The notes: a model not told the origin generated them from the letters alone. Counted from the first letter of the stretch, positions 37,432 to 47,342 are shown. The stretch: DNA of 64,000 nt from an uncultured Chloroflexia bacterium (GCA_963735055.1 CAVTJN010000004.1:152914-216913); one strand, 5' to 3'. Numbers and translations: made by a program.

Positions 37432-37581
37432 GTGGTACTCTGTCCGCACTGCAAGGCACTGGAAACACTGCAAATCGCCGGCGGCCAATTAACACCGACG
37501 CGCAAGTTTACCCAGGACGGAGCCCTCATCTATCATGACTGCGGCTCCCGGTCACCCTGCCGCCTCTATTCCAACCTGTAG
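37432..37581 (+). CDS. possible small zinc-ribbon protein (49 aa from GTG; may extend to ATG 37356 via a +1 shift)
   Basis: 'VVLCPHCKALETLQ...YHDCGSRSPCRLYSNL*' with a CxxC...CxxxxxC pattern. A hairpin follows the stop immediately. ATG 37356 has GGGGGGAG upstream but is in the -1 frame. Confidence 0.3.
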   Translation: MVLCPHCKALETLQIAGGQLTPTRKFTQDGALIYHDCGSRSPCRLYSNL

Positions 37582-37583
37582 AC

Positions 37584-37600
37584 GGGTGGCGGAGCCACCC
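37584..37600 (+). terminator. GC hairpin directly after small ORF stop
   Basis: GGGTGGC-gga-GCCACCC. There is no clear U-tract afterwards. Confidence 0.3.
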
Positions 37601-37731
37601 CCTCTGCTTCCCTCGATCCCAACGCTACGCTCTGGGCGGGCAGCCGCTTATGGTGCGCCGCCTGCAAAGAGAACAAAGCTGCGCCAGAAGCACTACGCTG
37701 GAATGACGATCCGGAAGAGAGGTGATGCCTG

Positions 37732-39460
37732 ATGCCAACGGACCTTGTTTTCATGGTGGGGGGCGAAGCCGGCCAGGGCGTCCAGTCGGTCGGTCTGCTT
37801 CTGGGCAAGGTCTTTGCCCGCAGCGGCTACCACGTGTTCGCCGATCAGGACTACGACTCGAGAATAAGGGGGGGACACAACTTCTTCCGGGTGCGGCTCA
37901 GGGAAGAAGTGGTGGGCGCCATCCGGGAGCCGGTGGACGTGCTGGTGGCACTCAACCAGGAGACGATTGATCTCCATCACCAGGAACTGGCGCCGGGCGG
38001 GGTGGTCCTGTACGACAACGAGCGGACGAAGCAGACCGGCTTGGGCAGTGAGTTCTTCGGACTTGCCCATGGAGAAGCTGGCCATCGAAAGCGGCGGCGA
38101 CCGAATCATGTCGAATACGGTGGCGCTGGGGGCGGCCCTGGCGATGGTGGGCTACGATCCAGCCATACTCAGCGAGGTCCTCAGAGGGCACTTCGGAAGC
38201 GGCACGACGGCGGGTGCCAATATTGCCGCGGCCAAGGCCGGATATGATCACGTGCGGGAACAGTACCGAGGCCCCGTTCGACAGCTCAAGCCGCCGGCCC
38301 AGCCGGCCAGAATGTTTCTCACTGGAAACGACGCCATGTCGTTGGGGGCGGTGGCCGCCGGCTGCCAATTCATGGCCGCCTATCCGATGACACCGACGAC
38401 CTCGATAATGGAGTATATGGCCGCCCGGTCGGAGGACCTCGGCATCGCCATGGTGCACGCTGAGGACGAGATCGCCGCGGTGCACATGGCCATCGGCGCC
38501 TCTTACGCAGGCGTCAGGGCGATGACGGCAACCTCAGGGGGCGGCTTCTGCCTGATGGTGGAGGGGTTGGGCCTGGCCGGCATGACCGAGACGCCGCTGG
38601 TCGTAATCGACGGGCAACGTCCCGGGCCGGCCATCGGCCTGCCGACGCGGACCGAGCAAGGTGATCTGCAGTTTGTTCTCCACGCCCACCACGGCGATTT
38701 CCCAAGGGCGGTACTGGCTCCGGCCACTATCGATGACTGCTTCTGGACCACGGTCAAGGCCTTCAACCTGGCGGACCGATTCCAGTTGCCGGTGATCATC
38801 CTCACCGACCATCATCTGGCGGGCTCCTACGCGACGGTGGACCCGTTTGACCTGGGCAAGGTGACCATCGACCACGGCGCGATGTATGAGCCGTCAGCAA
38901 CTGAGCCCGCCGCGTACCTGAGACACCGGATTACGCCAACCGGCGTTTCGCCCAGGGCTTTCCCGGGCGCCGGCAAAGCCCTGGTGGTCACCGACTCTGA
39001 TGAGCATGACGAGGCCGGGCATCTGGCGGAGGACATTCCGACCAGAAAGGCACAGATGGACAAGCGGCTGCGCAAGATGTTCAGCCTCAAGCAGGAAATA
39101 AGCCCGCCGCGCTGGTACGGTCCGCACAATCCCGACAATCTGCTCATCGGGTGGGGAAGCACCTATGGCGCCCTCCGGGAAGCGGTCGATCTCCTGCACC
39201 ACGAGACCAAGGTGAGTGTGCTGCATCTCAACGAAATGTGGCCCTTCCCGGCGGAAGCGGTCGCCGACGCCATCGGGCGGGCCAAGGCAAGCTACGTCAT
39301 CGAAAACAATGCCTCCGGCCAACTGGCCAGTCTCATCCGTATGGAGACGGGGAGAGGGGTGACGGGCAAGATACTCAAATACGACGGACGGCCGTTTACC
39401 CCGGCCTACCTGGCGGAGACGATCCGGAAGGAGGGTGGCAGCGATGGCGACAATAGCTGA
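37732..39460 (+). pseudogene. 2-oxoacid:ferredoxin oxidoreductase alpha subunit (gamma-alpha fusion), one frameshift (or assembly error)
   Basis: Gamma-like 'VGGEAGQGVQSVG' up to '...SEFFGL'. The sequence continues in the +1 frame 'PMEKLAIESGGDRIMSNTVALGA...' from ~38065. Alpha 'GNDAMSLGAVAAGCQFMAAYPMTPTT'. Confidence 0.8.
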
Positions 39461-40298
39461 TTACACCGGGAAAGTGCCGGCGTGGTGCCCGGGTTGCGGC
39501 AACTTCGGCATACTGAAGGCGCTGAACACGGCCCTGGTCGAGCTTGGCCTTGAGCCCGAGCAGGTATTGCTCGTCTCGGGCATCGGCCAGGCCGGGAAGC
39601 TGCCCCACTACACCAGGAGCAACGTCTTCAACTCGCTGCACGGGCGTCCCGTCCCGCCGGCCATCGGCGCCAAGATCGCCAACCCGGCACTGACAGTGAT
39701 CGCCGTCAGCGGCGACGGTGACGCGTACGGCGAAGGCGGAAACCACTTCATCCACGCGGCGCGGCGGAACCATGACATCACCTATCTGGTACATAACAAC
39801 CAGGTATACGGACTGACCAAGGGGCAGGCATCGCCGACGAGCGAGGCGGGCTTTGTCACCAGGACGACGCCCTACGGCGCGGCCCCAGCGGTCAACCCGG
39901 TGTTTCTGGCCCTGGCCTCCGGCGCAACCTTCGTGGGGCGGGGCTTTGCCGGTGATGCCGGTCACCTGTCAGGACTCATCAAGGAGGGGATCGGACACCG
40001 GGGATTCGCCCTCATCGACATCCTGCAGCCATGCGTCTCGTTCAATCACCAGAACACCTTCGCCTGGTACCAGCAGCGGGTATACAAGCTGGAGGCAGAC
40101 ACTTCCTATGACCCGGGGGATAAGGCGGCGGCGCTGCACAAGGCACAGGAATGGGGGGAACGCATCCCGATCGGCGTTCTCTACCGGACGGCGGCGCCTA
40201 CCTACGAGGAACAGGTACCGGCGCTCAAGAAAGGCCCGCTGGTGTCCCGGGAGATAGGCCCGAAACGGGCGGAATCCCTTTTCGCCGAATTCATGTAA
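39444..40298 (+). CDS. 2-oxoacid:ferredoxin oxidoreductase beta subunit (TPP-binding)
   Basis: 'WCPGCGNFGIL', 'GDGDAYGEGGNH', 'NNQVYGLTKGQ'. ATG 39444 after GGAAGGAGGG. Confidence 0.9.
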   Translation: MATIADYTGKVPAWCPGCGNFGILKALNTALVELGLEPEQVLLVSGIGQAGKLPHYTRSNVFNSLHGRPVPPAIGAKIANPALTVIAVSGDGDAYGEGGNHFIHAARRNHDITYLVHNNQVYGLTKGQASPTSEAGFVTRTTPYGAAPAVNPVFLALASGATFVGRGFAGDAGHLSGLIKEGIGHRGFALIDILQPCVSFNHQNTFAWYQQRVYKLEADTSYDPGDKAAALHKAQEWGERIPIGVLYRTAAPTYEEQVPALKKGPLVSREIGPKRAESLFAEFM

Positions 40299-40327
40299 CA
40301 GCCATTCGGATTGAGGAGCGTGCTGCA

Positions 40328-40798
40328 ATGACCCCTTCACTGACGGTAGGCGATGTCTTACAGACGGGTATCCAACGAGAAATCGAAGCCCAACGACTCT
40401 ATACCGACCTGGGCCGGAGGGTAAAAGAACCGGCGGCGCAGTTTGCCCTTTCGACCCTGGTGCAACAAGAAAAGCGCCACCAGGAGATACTCCAGCGATA
40501 TCTCGGTGGGGGCCTGGGCGGTGGGGCGCTCGACCCCAAGCAGGTGATCGACTACCGTATCGCGGAGCACCTCGAGGCTCCGGCGCTGACGCCCGATATG
40601 AAGCTGTCCGACATCTTCCTGGTGGCAGCCAACCGGGAAAAGGCATCCTGCGATTTCTACACGAGTCTGGCCGACCTGCATCCTGACGGCGAGACCCGAT
40701 TGCTGCTGCGCAAGCTGGCCTCCGAGGAACTGGGGCACAAGCAGAAAGTAGAATCGATGTTCACCGAGGTCGCCTTCCCGCAGACGGACGGCGGGTGA
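40328..40798 (+). CDS. ferritin-like/rubrerythrin-like diiron domain protein
   Basis: Paired E...ExxH motifs ('EIEAQRLY'/'EKRH' and 'EKASCDFY'/'ELGH'). ATG 40328 after GAGGAG. Confidence 0.7.
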   Translation: MTPSLTVGDVLQTGIQREIEAQRLYTDLGRRVKEPAAQFALSTLVQQEKRHQEILQRYLGGGLGGGALDPKQVIDYRIAEHLEAPALTPDMKLSDIFLVAANREKASCDFYTSLADLHPDGETRLLLRKLASEELGHKQKVESMFTEVAFPQTDGG

Positions 40799-40956
40799 CA
40801 GGCGTCCGGCCACTCGCGAGCAGCGCCGGCACAGCCGGCCGGACCCCAGGCGCAGCGGCGGCCTTTTCGCCCGCCTCCAAAACAAGCTAGAATGTAGAGA
40901 CGGTACGTCGCTGCGCGGCACAAATCCGAAATTCGACCAGACCGGAAGGAGTCGCC

Positions 40957-42151
40957 ATGACAGTGGAACTGGCCAAAGGTGTCTATTATGTAGGTTACGT
41001 AGACTGGGCGCTACGTTTCTTTCACGGGCACGAACTGAGCACGCATCGCGGCTCATCGTACAACGCCTATCTTATCGTGGATACCGATAAGACAGTGCTG
41101 GTGGACACGGTTTGGGGTCCATTCACGGACCAGCTCATGAAGAACATCGGAGAGATCATAGACCCGGCGAAGATCGACATTGTGGTCGCCGGCCACGCGG
41201 AGTCGGACCATTCCGGCGCCCTGCCGGCGGTCATGGAGCACACGCCCAAGGCCACCGTCATCGTGTCCAAGCGAGGCCGGGAGAGCGTGGAAGGGCACTA
41301 CCATCAGCCATGGAATTTCCGGGCGGTACAGACCGGCGAAAGGGTAGCCCTGGGCAAGCGAGAACTCGTTTTCGTAGAAGCGCCGATGCTCCACTGGCCG
41401 GACAACATGTTTACCTATCTCACGGGCGACAATATCCTTATGTCAAGTGACGCCTTCGGACAGCATTACGCGGCGGCCGGCCGCTACAACGACGAGGTTG
41501 ATCAGAATGAGCTCTATGAAGAAGCGTTAAAATACTATGCCAATATCCTGACGCCTTTCAGTGCGCAGGTGCTCCGCAAGATCGATGAGGTGCTGGCACT
41601 GGGATTGCCGGTAAATGTGATCGCGCCCAGCCATGGCATCCTGTGGCGGCAGGACCCGCTGCAAATCGTGAAGAAATACCAGCAATGGGCGGCGCAGGTC
41701 CCGGAGAAGACGGCGGTCATTGTCTACGACTCAATGTGGGACGCCACCAAGCACATGGCCGAGGCAATTGGCCACGGACTGGACGGTGAGGGCATCGCCT
41801 ACAAGTGTTATGACATATCGGTCTCGGACCGCAACGACGTGGTAACCGAGATCTTCAAGAGCAAAGCAATCATCGTTGGTTCGCCCGACCTACAATGCGG
41901 GGGTGTTGCCGACGGTCACGCCGATACTGGAAGAGATCAGAGGCCTGAAGTTCCAGAACAAGATCGGGGCCGCTTTTGGCAGCTTCGGGTGGAGTGGCGA
42001 ATCGCCGGCCATCCTCGAAGAGCACCTGGCCCGGAGCAAGGTCACCAAAGTCGCCGAGGCGGTGCGCGTGAAGTGGCAACCCCGGGACGAGGACCTGGCT
42101 AAATGCCGGGAGCTGGGCGCCCAGGTTGGCCGGGCAATCAAGCAAGGCTAG
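40957..42151 (+). pseudogene. flavodiiron protein (FprA-type: MBL + flavodoxin domains), one frameshift (or assembly error)
   Basis: Diiron site 'HAESDHSG'. After '...AIIVGSP' the frame shifts at ~41884-41887 (CCCGAC) into 'TYNAGVLPTVTPILEEIRGLKFQNKIGAAFGSFGWSGE' (ORF 41876..42151). Confidence 0.85.
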
Positions 42152-42230
42152 AACGGGGAGAGCGCAGCTCGCAAAGAGAGGTGCGAAGGACTGGCGGTGT
42201 GGGGGGTGGTTCGTTCTGCCTTCTGAAAAC

Positions 42231-42367
42231 GTGAATTCGGATTGCTTCGTCGCTTCGCTTCTCGCAATGACGGACGGGAGAGGATTGCCTGGTCGCTACG
42301 CTCCTCCCGATGACAGGCGGGAAGGGATTGCTTGGTCGCCAGGCTGTTCGCAAAGGAAGGGGGGAGG
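42231..42367. repeat. 3 x 43-bp tandem array of the GGATTGC...GCAATGAC dispersed repeat
   Basis: Units start at 42239, 42282 and 42325. Unit 1 is GGATTGCTTCGTCGCTTCGCTTCTCGCAATGACGGACGGGAGA. Each has an ATTGC...GCAAT-type inverted repeat. Located between convergent gene ends. Confidence 0.7.
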
Positions 42368-42390
42368 GACGGGCGGCGGGGGGTGACCGG

Positions 42391-43758
42391 CTACTCTTTG
42401 ACCGATGGAAATCCGGCCGCCCGCCAGGCATCCCAGCTACCCAGAACGTTGTACACCCGGGGGTGACCGCTGCGCTGGAGGATGCTGGCTGCCAGCCCGG
42501 CCCGGTGCCCCACGGTACAGAAGGTGGCCACCGGTTTGCTACGGTCCACCTCGGCCACCTTCGATTCAAGCCTGCCAACATAGATGTTGCGGGAGCCCGA
42601 TACGTGGCCGGCCCGCCAATCGTCGTCCTGCCGGACATCGAGCACCACGAGGTCCTCGCCGGCGTCGAGCTTTCGCTTGAGCTCGTGTACCGAAAGCAGC
42701 GGCAGGCTTTCCACCGGAAGGCCGGCGTTGTACCAAGCCTCGATCCCGCCTCTAAGATAACCCAGGATACGATCGAAGCCCAGCCGGTTGAGGGACTGAA
42801 GGGCACGCTCGAGGTGAGAATGATCTTCGAGGACGAGCAGGACAGGCCGGTCATAGGAGAGGACCCAGCCGGCAAAGTCGGGCAAGCCCTCAAGCCAGAT
42901 CGAGTAGGACCCCGCTATGTGGGCACCCCCGAAGGCCGGAGGTTCCCGGGTATCGATCAGGAACGCCCCACCCTCGACGAGGGCTTTAAAGTCGCCGGTG
43001 CCGAGCGGTACCGGAGCCGCCGCCTCCCCTAAGAGCGGAGGCCCTTCGAGATTGTACTTTTCCATCTGCCGGAAGTATGGCGGCCACTCCAGTTTCTCAG
43101 CCACCTTACGCGCCAGGAATGCTTCCCTGGTCAACTGGAGCATGGGGTTAATCTTCTTTTCCGTACCGATGGTAGTGTAATCCCGGTCGGCGATGCGCCG
43201 GCCGCAGACCGAGCCTGCGCCATGGGCGGGGTAGAGAATGACGCCGTCACCCAGGGGCAGCAGACGGTTGAAGACGCTTTCGAAAAGGGCGGCGGCCAGA
43301 CGCGGCGCCTCGGCCGGACCATAGAGGTCGGTCCGGCCGACGTCCCCGGCAAAGAGGGCGTCACCACTGAAAACGGCCAGCGTGGCCCCACCCCGCGCCG
43401 GGCTCACCGTGTAGGACATGCTTTCGTCGGTATGCCCGGGGGTGTGGAGCGCCTTCAATATCAGATTGCCGATACGGAACTCCTGCCCATCGGCCAGCGT
43501 CCGGCCGAATTTCCAGTCGAGTCCGGGACCATGGTAAACCTCAGCCCCGGTCAGGTTGGCCAGCTCACGGGAGCCGATGACGAAGTCTTCGTGGCGGTGA
43601 GTCTCAAAAATGTACCTGATGCGCAACTCGTGCTCGCGGGCGCGATCGATGTAGGCCTGACAATCCCGCCGCGGGTCGATTACGACGGCGTCGGAACCGG
43701 CGCCGACGAGATAGGAGTTGTGAGCAATGCCCGGAGAGGTAATACGTTCAAGTATCAT
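42391..43758 (-). CDS. MBL-fold hydrolase fused to two rhodanese domains (persulfide dioxygenase/sulfurtransferase-like)
   Basis: 'ETHRHEDFV' (HxHxD), 'HTPGHT'. C-terminal rhodanese active-site loop 'CTVGHRAG'. Confidence 0.85.
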   Translation of the reverse strand: MILERITSPGIAHNSYLVGAGSDAVVIDPRRDCQAYIDRAREHELRIRYIFETHRHEDFVIGSRELANLTGAEVYHGPGLDWKFGRTLADGQEFRIGNLILKALHTPGHTDESMSYTVSPARGGATLAVFSGDALFAGDVGRTDLYGPAEAPRLAAALFESVFNRLLPLGDGVILYPAHGAGSVCGRRIADRDYTTIGTEKKINPMLQLTREAFLARKVAEKLEWPPYFRQMEKYNLEGPPLLGEAAAPVPLGTGDFKALVEGGAFLIDTREPPAFGGAHIAGSYSIWLEGLPDFAGWVLSYDRPVLLVLEDHSHLERALQSLNRLGFDRILGYLRGGIEAWYNAGLPVESLPLLSVHELKRKLDAGEDLVVLDVRQDDDWRAGHVSGSRNIYVGRLESKVAEVDRSKPVATFCTVGHRAGLAASILQRSGHPRVYNVLGSWDAWRAAGFPSVKE

Positions 43759-43948
43759 TCAGCCACCCGATCCTCAGAAAACTACGGAGGATTATAGCAC
43801 GGACTTGGGTATGATGGACGGTAACGATAGTCAGCAACAGGAGTCCGCCCGTTGAAGCGGAAACCCGCTCCAACGGAAGTGGTCAAGCTGTTTGAAGTGG
43901 CTGTCGGTCCCGGACCCCGGCCGGCCAACCGGCGGGTAACCGCGCCGG

Positions 43949-44110
43949 CTATCTAAGCTCGACGCCGAGGAAGAGGGGCCATACCACCAGACCTAGGATA
44001 ATCTTCCACCACACAAGGTTGGCAAAAGAGATGGTGAACAGCCAACCGGTGAACCAGAGCATCCCGGCCAGCGATGCCGCCCCTGCCGCGCCCTTATTTC
44101 CGTCTCCCAT
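43949..44110 (-). CDS. small membrane protein (53 aa)
   Basis: ATG 44110 after GGAGGG. Two hydrophobic helices 'LAGMLWFTGWLFTISF' and 'IILGLVVWPLFLGV'. Confidence 0.5.
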   Translation of the reverse strand: MGDGNKGAAGAASLAGMLWFTGWLFTISFANLVWWKIILGLVVWPLFLGVELR

Positions 44111-44374
44111 TGTTGTACCCTCCGCTGTCTTCGTTCGGGTCCGTTCCAAGACCGGGGATCTTCAAGTTCTCAGAGGCGCTTCCACGAATTAGCCGCGCGC
44201 ACCCGGATTGCCGGGACTACCGCGGCGCGTCCGGCGAATTTACCGAGTATGATACGCGACTTGCCCCGCAAAGGCAACAGGGCGGCATCGGCCGGCCTCC
44301 TCCCGCAAACTCGAGGAGGGGGACCGGGCGCCGCCCCCCGCCGGCAGTCGCGGGGAGCGGGCCAACCATGGAAA

Positions 44375-44998
44375 ATGCTAGGATATGCTATGGACTACGA
44401 ATCGGAAGAGATCGACCGGCTTGATCTGGACAAATACGGGTTGTCCTATCTCGCGGGCAGGAACATGGTGACCCTGGACCGCGGAGATCTGCACAAGCTA
44501 CTGCTGGCCCTGGGCAACGATGAGATATCGCTTAACCTGCCGGTGCCGTGCACTGCTGACAACGTACGCGAAGTGCTCGCCCGGTCGGAGTGCCGGAGGT
44601 GCGGCCGGTGCTGCCTGCCAAATCCGGCAAATCCGGAAAGCCCGGGGGTTGAAGTGTTCGAAGAAGAGCTCAATGCGATCGCAAACCATCTTCACGTCCC
44701 GGTTGAGACCCTGGCGCGCAACACGGTCGCCGGCAAGACCGTGCCCTACTCCTTCCAACTGATAAGGCTGGGATTCACGAGGTGGCTGCCACTACCCTGC
44801 CGCTTCTACGATGCGGAACGCAACGGGTGCCAGGTATACCCGGTGCGAGCGGTGGTCTGCCAGGTCTACCCGATTGTCTTCACCGGCGATGACACGTACA
44901 TGTCAATCCGGGTCACCTGCGACTACGGCAAAGATGTCTTCATCGGGGCGCTGGAGTCGCTGAGAGCCAGCAATCCAGGCCTGGAAATCACGCTCTAG
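44375..44998 (+). CDS. YkgJ-family cysteine-cluster protein (CxxCxxCC)
   Basis: 'CRRCGRCC', later 'CRFYD...GCQVYPVRAVVCQVYP'. Confidence 0.7.
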   Translation: MLGYAMDYESEEIDRLDLDKYGLSYLAGRNMVTLDRGDLHKLLLALGNDEISLNLPVPCTADNVREVLARSECRRCGRCCLPNPANPESPGVEVFEEELNAIANHLHVPVETLARNTVAGKTVPYSFQLIRLGFTRWLPLPCRFYDAERNGCQVYPVRAVVCQVYPIVFTGDDTYMSIRVTCDYGKDVFIGALESLRASNPGLEITL

Positions 44999-45253
44999 AC
45001 CCCTGGTAACGGGCAACAGACCCGGCGGCGAACGGTCTCTTCAGAAGTGCGCATACGCGTCCCTGCTTAGGGCGCGCCCGGCAATACGCGAAGCCGGCGG
45101 GCGCGGTTACATATACCGATCATCAACCAGCGTTCAGGTTAGGCATGAACGGAAGGTCGAAATAGGTAGCCCGGCGGAAGCCGGACCGCCCGCCCCGGTG
45201 ATAATCTTAAACCAGAACAAAGAGAAAGCGCCAAGAACAAAGGGGGAAGAAAA

Positions 45254-45412
45254 ATGGAAACCGGATACATAATCGCACTGGCAGTCGCCATCCCCGTGAT
45301 CCTGTTCCCCGCAGCTTTCGTGTGGTATCTCAACATCGGCGGCATCGCTGCCGCGGTGAGAGAAGCCAACACCAGGAAAGTTGCCGAGACGAAAACCGTC
45401 ACCGCCAAATAG
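45254..45412 (+). CDS. small single-TM membrane protein (52 aa), not in ORF track
   Basis: AAGGGGGAAG RBS, then ATG 45254. 'METGYIIALAVAIPVILFPAAFVWYLNIGGIAAAVREANTRKVAETKTVTAK'. A strong terminator lies 26 nt downstream. Confidence 0.55.
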   Translation: METGYIIALAVAIPVILFPAAFVWYLNIGGIAAAVREANTRKVAETKTVTAK

Positions 45413-45437
45413 CGCTGACAAACGGTCGATCATACAA

Positions 45438-45469
45438 AGAGGGTACCGGTGGTACCCTCTTTTCTTTTT
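45438..45469 (+). terminator. rho-independent terminator
   Basis: Perfect 10-bp stem AGAGGGTACC-ggt-GGTACCCTCT followed by TTTCTTTTT. Confidence 0.85.
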
Positions 45470-45556
45470 GCCACTTGTGCGCGCCGCCGCCATCGAGGTA
45501 TCGTTAAATTAACGGGACTGGGAGTGCGACGTCCCGGAAGAACCGAGGTAGTCCAG

Positions 45557-46726
45557 GTGATCGCGTTACACGGCAAATACAATTCGGCCAACATAATGAT
45601 TGACGATCTTGATCAAGAGACGCTCAGTCAGATACGTTCCTTTCTGGACCATCCGGCCTTTGCCGGGACGTACATTGCGATCATGCCCGACGCTCACGCG
45701 GGAGCCGGGGCGGTTATCGGATTCACGGCGCGGCGAAACGACTACGTCATCCCCAATGTGGTGGGAGTCGATATCGGATGCGGTGTGCTGGCCTACCCGC
45801 TGAACGCCCGGCACATCGACTTCCGCTCACTTGACCGCTTCATCAAGACCAATATCCCGAGTGGGTTCAAGATCCGGGGCGCTAATGACAGCCTGATCAC
45901 CGGAGGCAAACCGAAGGACATTTTTGACCGCGGCATGAAGGGAGTAGTTGGCCTGGCCGAGGAAACCGGGCAAGACATGAGCAGGGTGATCGGATCGGTG
46001 GGGACGCTGGGAGGGGGAAATCATTTCATCGAAATCGACAGATCTGACGAGGGGCAATACTGGCTCCTGATTCACTCCGGCAGCAGGAACTTTGGCCTGC
46101 GGGTGGCCAACTACTACCAGAACAAGGCCAAAGAGCTGAAGCCGAAGACCCTCGGTGTGCCTCGGCCGGCGGCCGAGGCACACCGAGGACTCGAGTACTT
46201 GCCCATGGGCAGGGGTGGCGAAGAGTACCTGGAGGCGATGCGGACCGCCCAGTCGTATGCCCGGTTAAACCGGGCGGTGATGGCCCAGGTAATACTGACT
46301 TTCTTCGATCAGACCGAGGGCGACACCGAGGCGATCGAAACCGTACACAACTACATCAGCTTAGAGGACAACATCATTCGTAAGGGGGCGGTGTCGGCCC
46401 GGGCCGGAGAGAGACTGATCATCCCCTTCAACATGAGGGACGGGGTGATGGTCTGCCGCGGGAAAGGGAGCAGTAAGTGGAACTACTCAGCGCCGCACGG
46501 CGCGGGGCGGATCCTGTCGCGAAGCCAGGCCCGAAAGAAGCTGTCGCTGGACGAGTTTCAGGAAGCGATGCAGGGGATCTACACCTCCACCGCCACACGG
46601 GACACCATCGATGAGGCGCCGGCGGCCTACAAGAGCAAGGACGCGATCGTAAAGGCCGTAGCCGAAACGGTGGATATTGAGTTCTTCATGAAGCCGGTCT
46701 ACAACTTCAAAGCGGGTGGGGAGTGA
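45557..46726 (+). CDS. rtcB: RNA ligase RtcB
   Basis: 'MPDAHAGAG', 'GGGNHFIE', 'HSGSRNFG', 'PHGAGR'. GTG 45557 gives the usual 'MIxLxGKYN' N-terminus. Confidence 0.9.
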   Translation: MIALHGKYNSANIMIDDLDQETLSQIRSFLDHPAFAGTYIAIMPDAHAGAGAVIGFTARRNDYVIPNVVGVDIGCGVLAYPLNARHIDFRSLDRFIKTNIPSGFKIRGANDSLITGGKPKDIFDRGMKGVVGLAEETGQDMSRVIGSVGTLGGGNHFIEIDRSDEGQYWLLIHSGSRNFGLRVANYYQNKAKELKPKTLGVPRPAAEAHRGLEYLPMGRGGEEYLEAMRTAQSYARLNRAVMAQVILTFFDQTEGDTEAIETVHNYISLEDNIIRKGAVSARAGERLIIPFNMRDGVMVCRGKGSSKWNYSAPHGAGRILSRSQARKKLSLDEFQEAMQGIYTSTATRDTIDEAPAAYKSKDAIVKAVAETVDIEFFMKPVYNFKAGGE

Positions 46727-47342
46727 GGGGGGGCCGGAGCATGTACCACAAGTCGACGGCATCATCCAGAACGTCCGTGGCGAACACCCGGTAGCCGAAG
46801 TGCTCATAGAGGGTCACATTCTCCGGCCGGGTCGTCTCCAGATAGACAGCGGTCGACTCCGCATGTGATTCCGCCATTTCGCCCACGGCGTCGAGAAGCA
46901 CGCGGCTGAATCCCCGCCCCTGGAACTCCGGACGGACACCGATGGCGGCCAGGTAAAAGTGGCTTTGCCCCGGGGCGTGCTTGCGAGACAGGCGGGAGAA
47001 CCGTCCGAGACGATCGAAGGATTCGGGGTTTATGCTCGACCGAAACCGGTCGTACTTTTCGGCCAACGATGGTGGCCAGGCCTTGTCCTCCGGCGGCGAC
47101 AGGCAGGCCACTCCGGCGAGTCTGCCATCACTGGATGTGCCGATGATCGGCCACCCCAGTTCCAGACGCGCCTCGCAGACGAAACGAAAGAGATCACCAA
47201 TGTGACGGGAGTAGGCCGGTCCCGAAAATACGTACTTCATAAGCGGATCATTTTCAAATGCCAGCGCCAGCACTCCAGCCGCCGCATCCAGCGAATCGGG
47301 GCGAATCTCAATCCAGGAGTCTGAAGGCCGGTCAGGTTTCAT
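46707..47342 (-). CDS. GNAT-family N-acetyltransferase
   Basis: 'FQGRGFSRVLLDAV'. Its 3' end overlaps the rtcB 3' end by 20 nt (convergent). Confidence 0.8.
   Translation of the reverse strand: MKPDRPSDSWIEIRPDSLDAAAGVLALAFENDPLMKYVFSGPAYSRHIGDLFRFVCEARLELGWPIIGTSSDGRLAGVACLSPPEDKAWPPSLAEKYDRFRSSINPESFDRLGRFSRLSRKHAPGQSHFYLAAIGVRPEFQGRGFSRVLLDAVGEMAESHAESTAVYLETTRPENVTLYEHFGYRVFATDVLDDAVDLWYMLRPPLTPHPL

Noticed and set aside
37535-37732. 65-aa ORF between the small zinc-ribbon ORF and the OFOR alpha gene
   Set aside because: The sequence is Pro/Ala/Arg-rich and low-complexity, with no RBS. The region is better explained as the terminator hairpin plus the OFOR promoter and leader.
42239-42367. 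Regularly spaced 43-bp repeats that could be mistaken for a CRISPR array
   Set aside because: The units abut each other with no unique spacers and diverge by ~25% between copies. Related units occur singly at other loci, and no cas genes are present. This is a tandemly amplified dispersed repeat.
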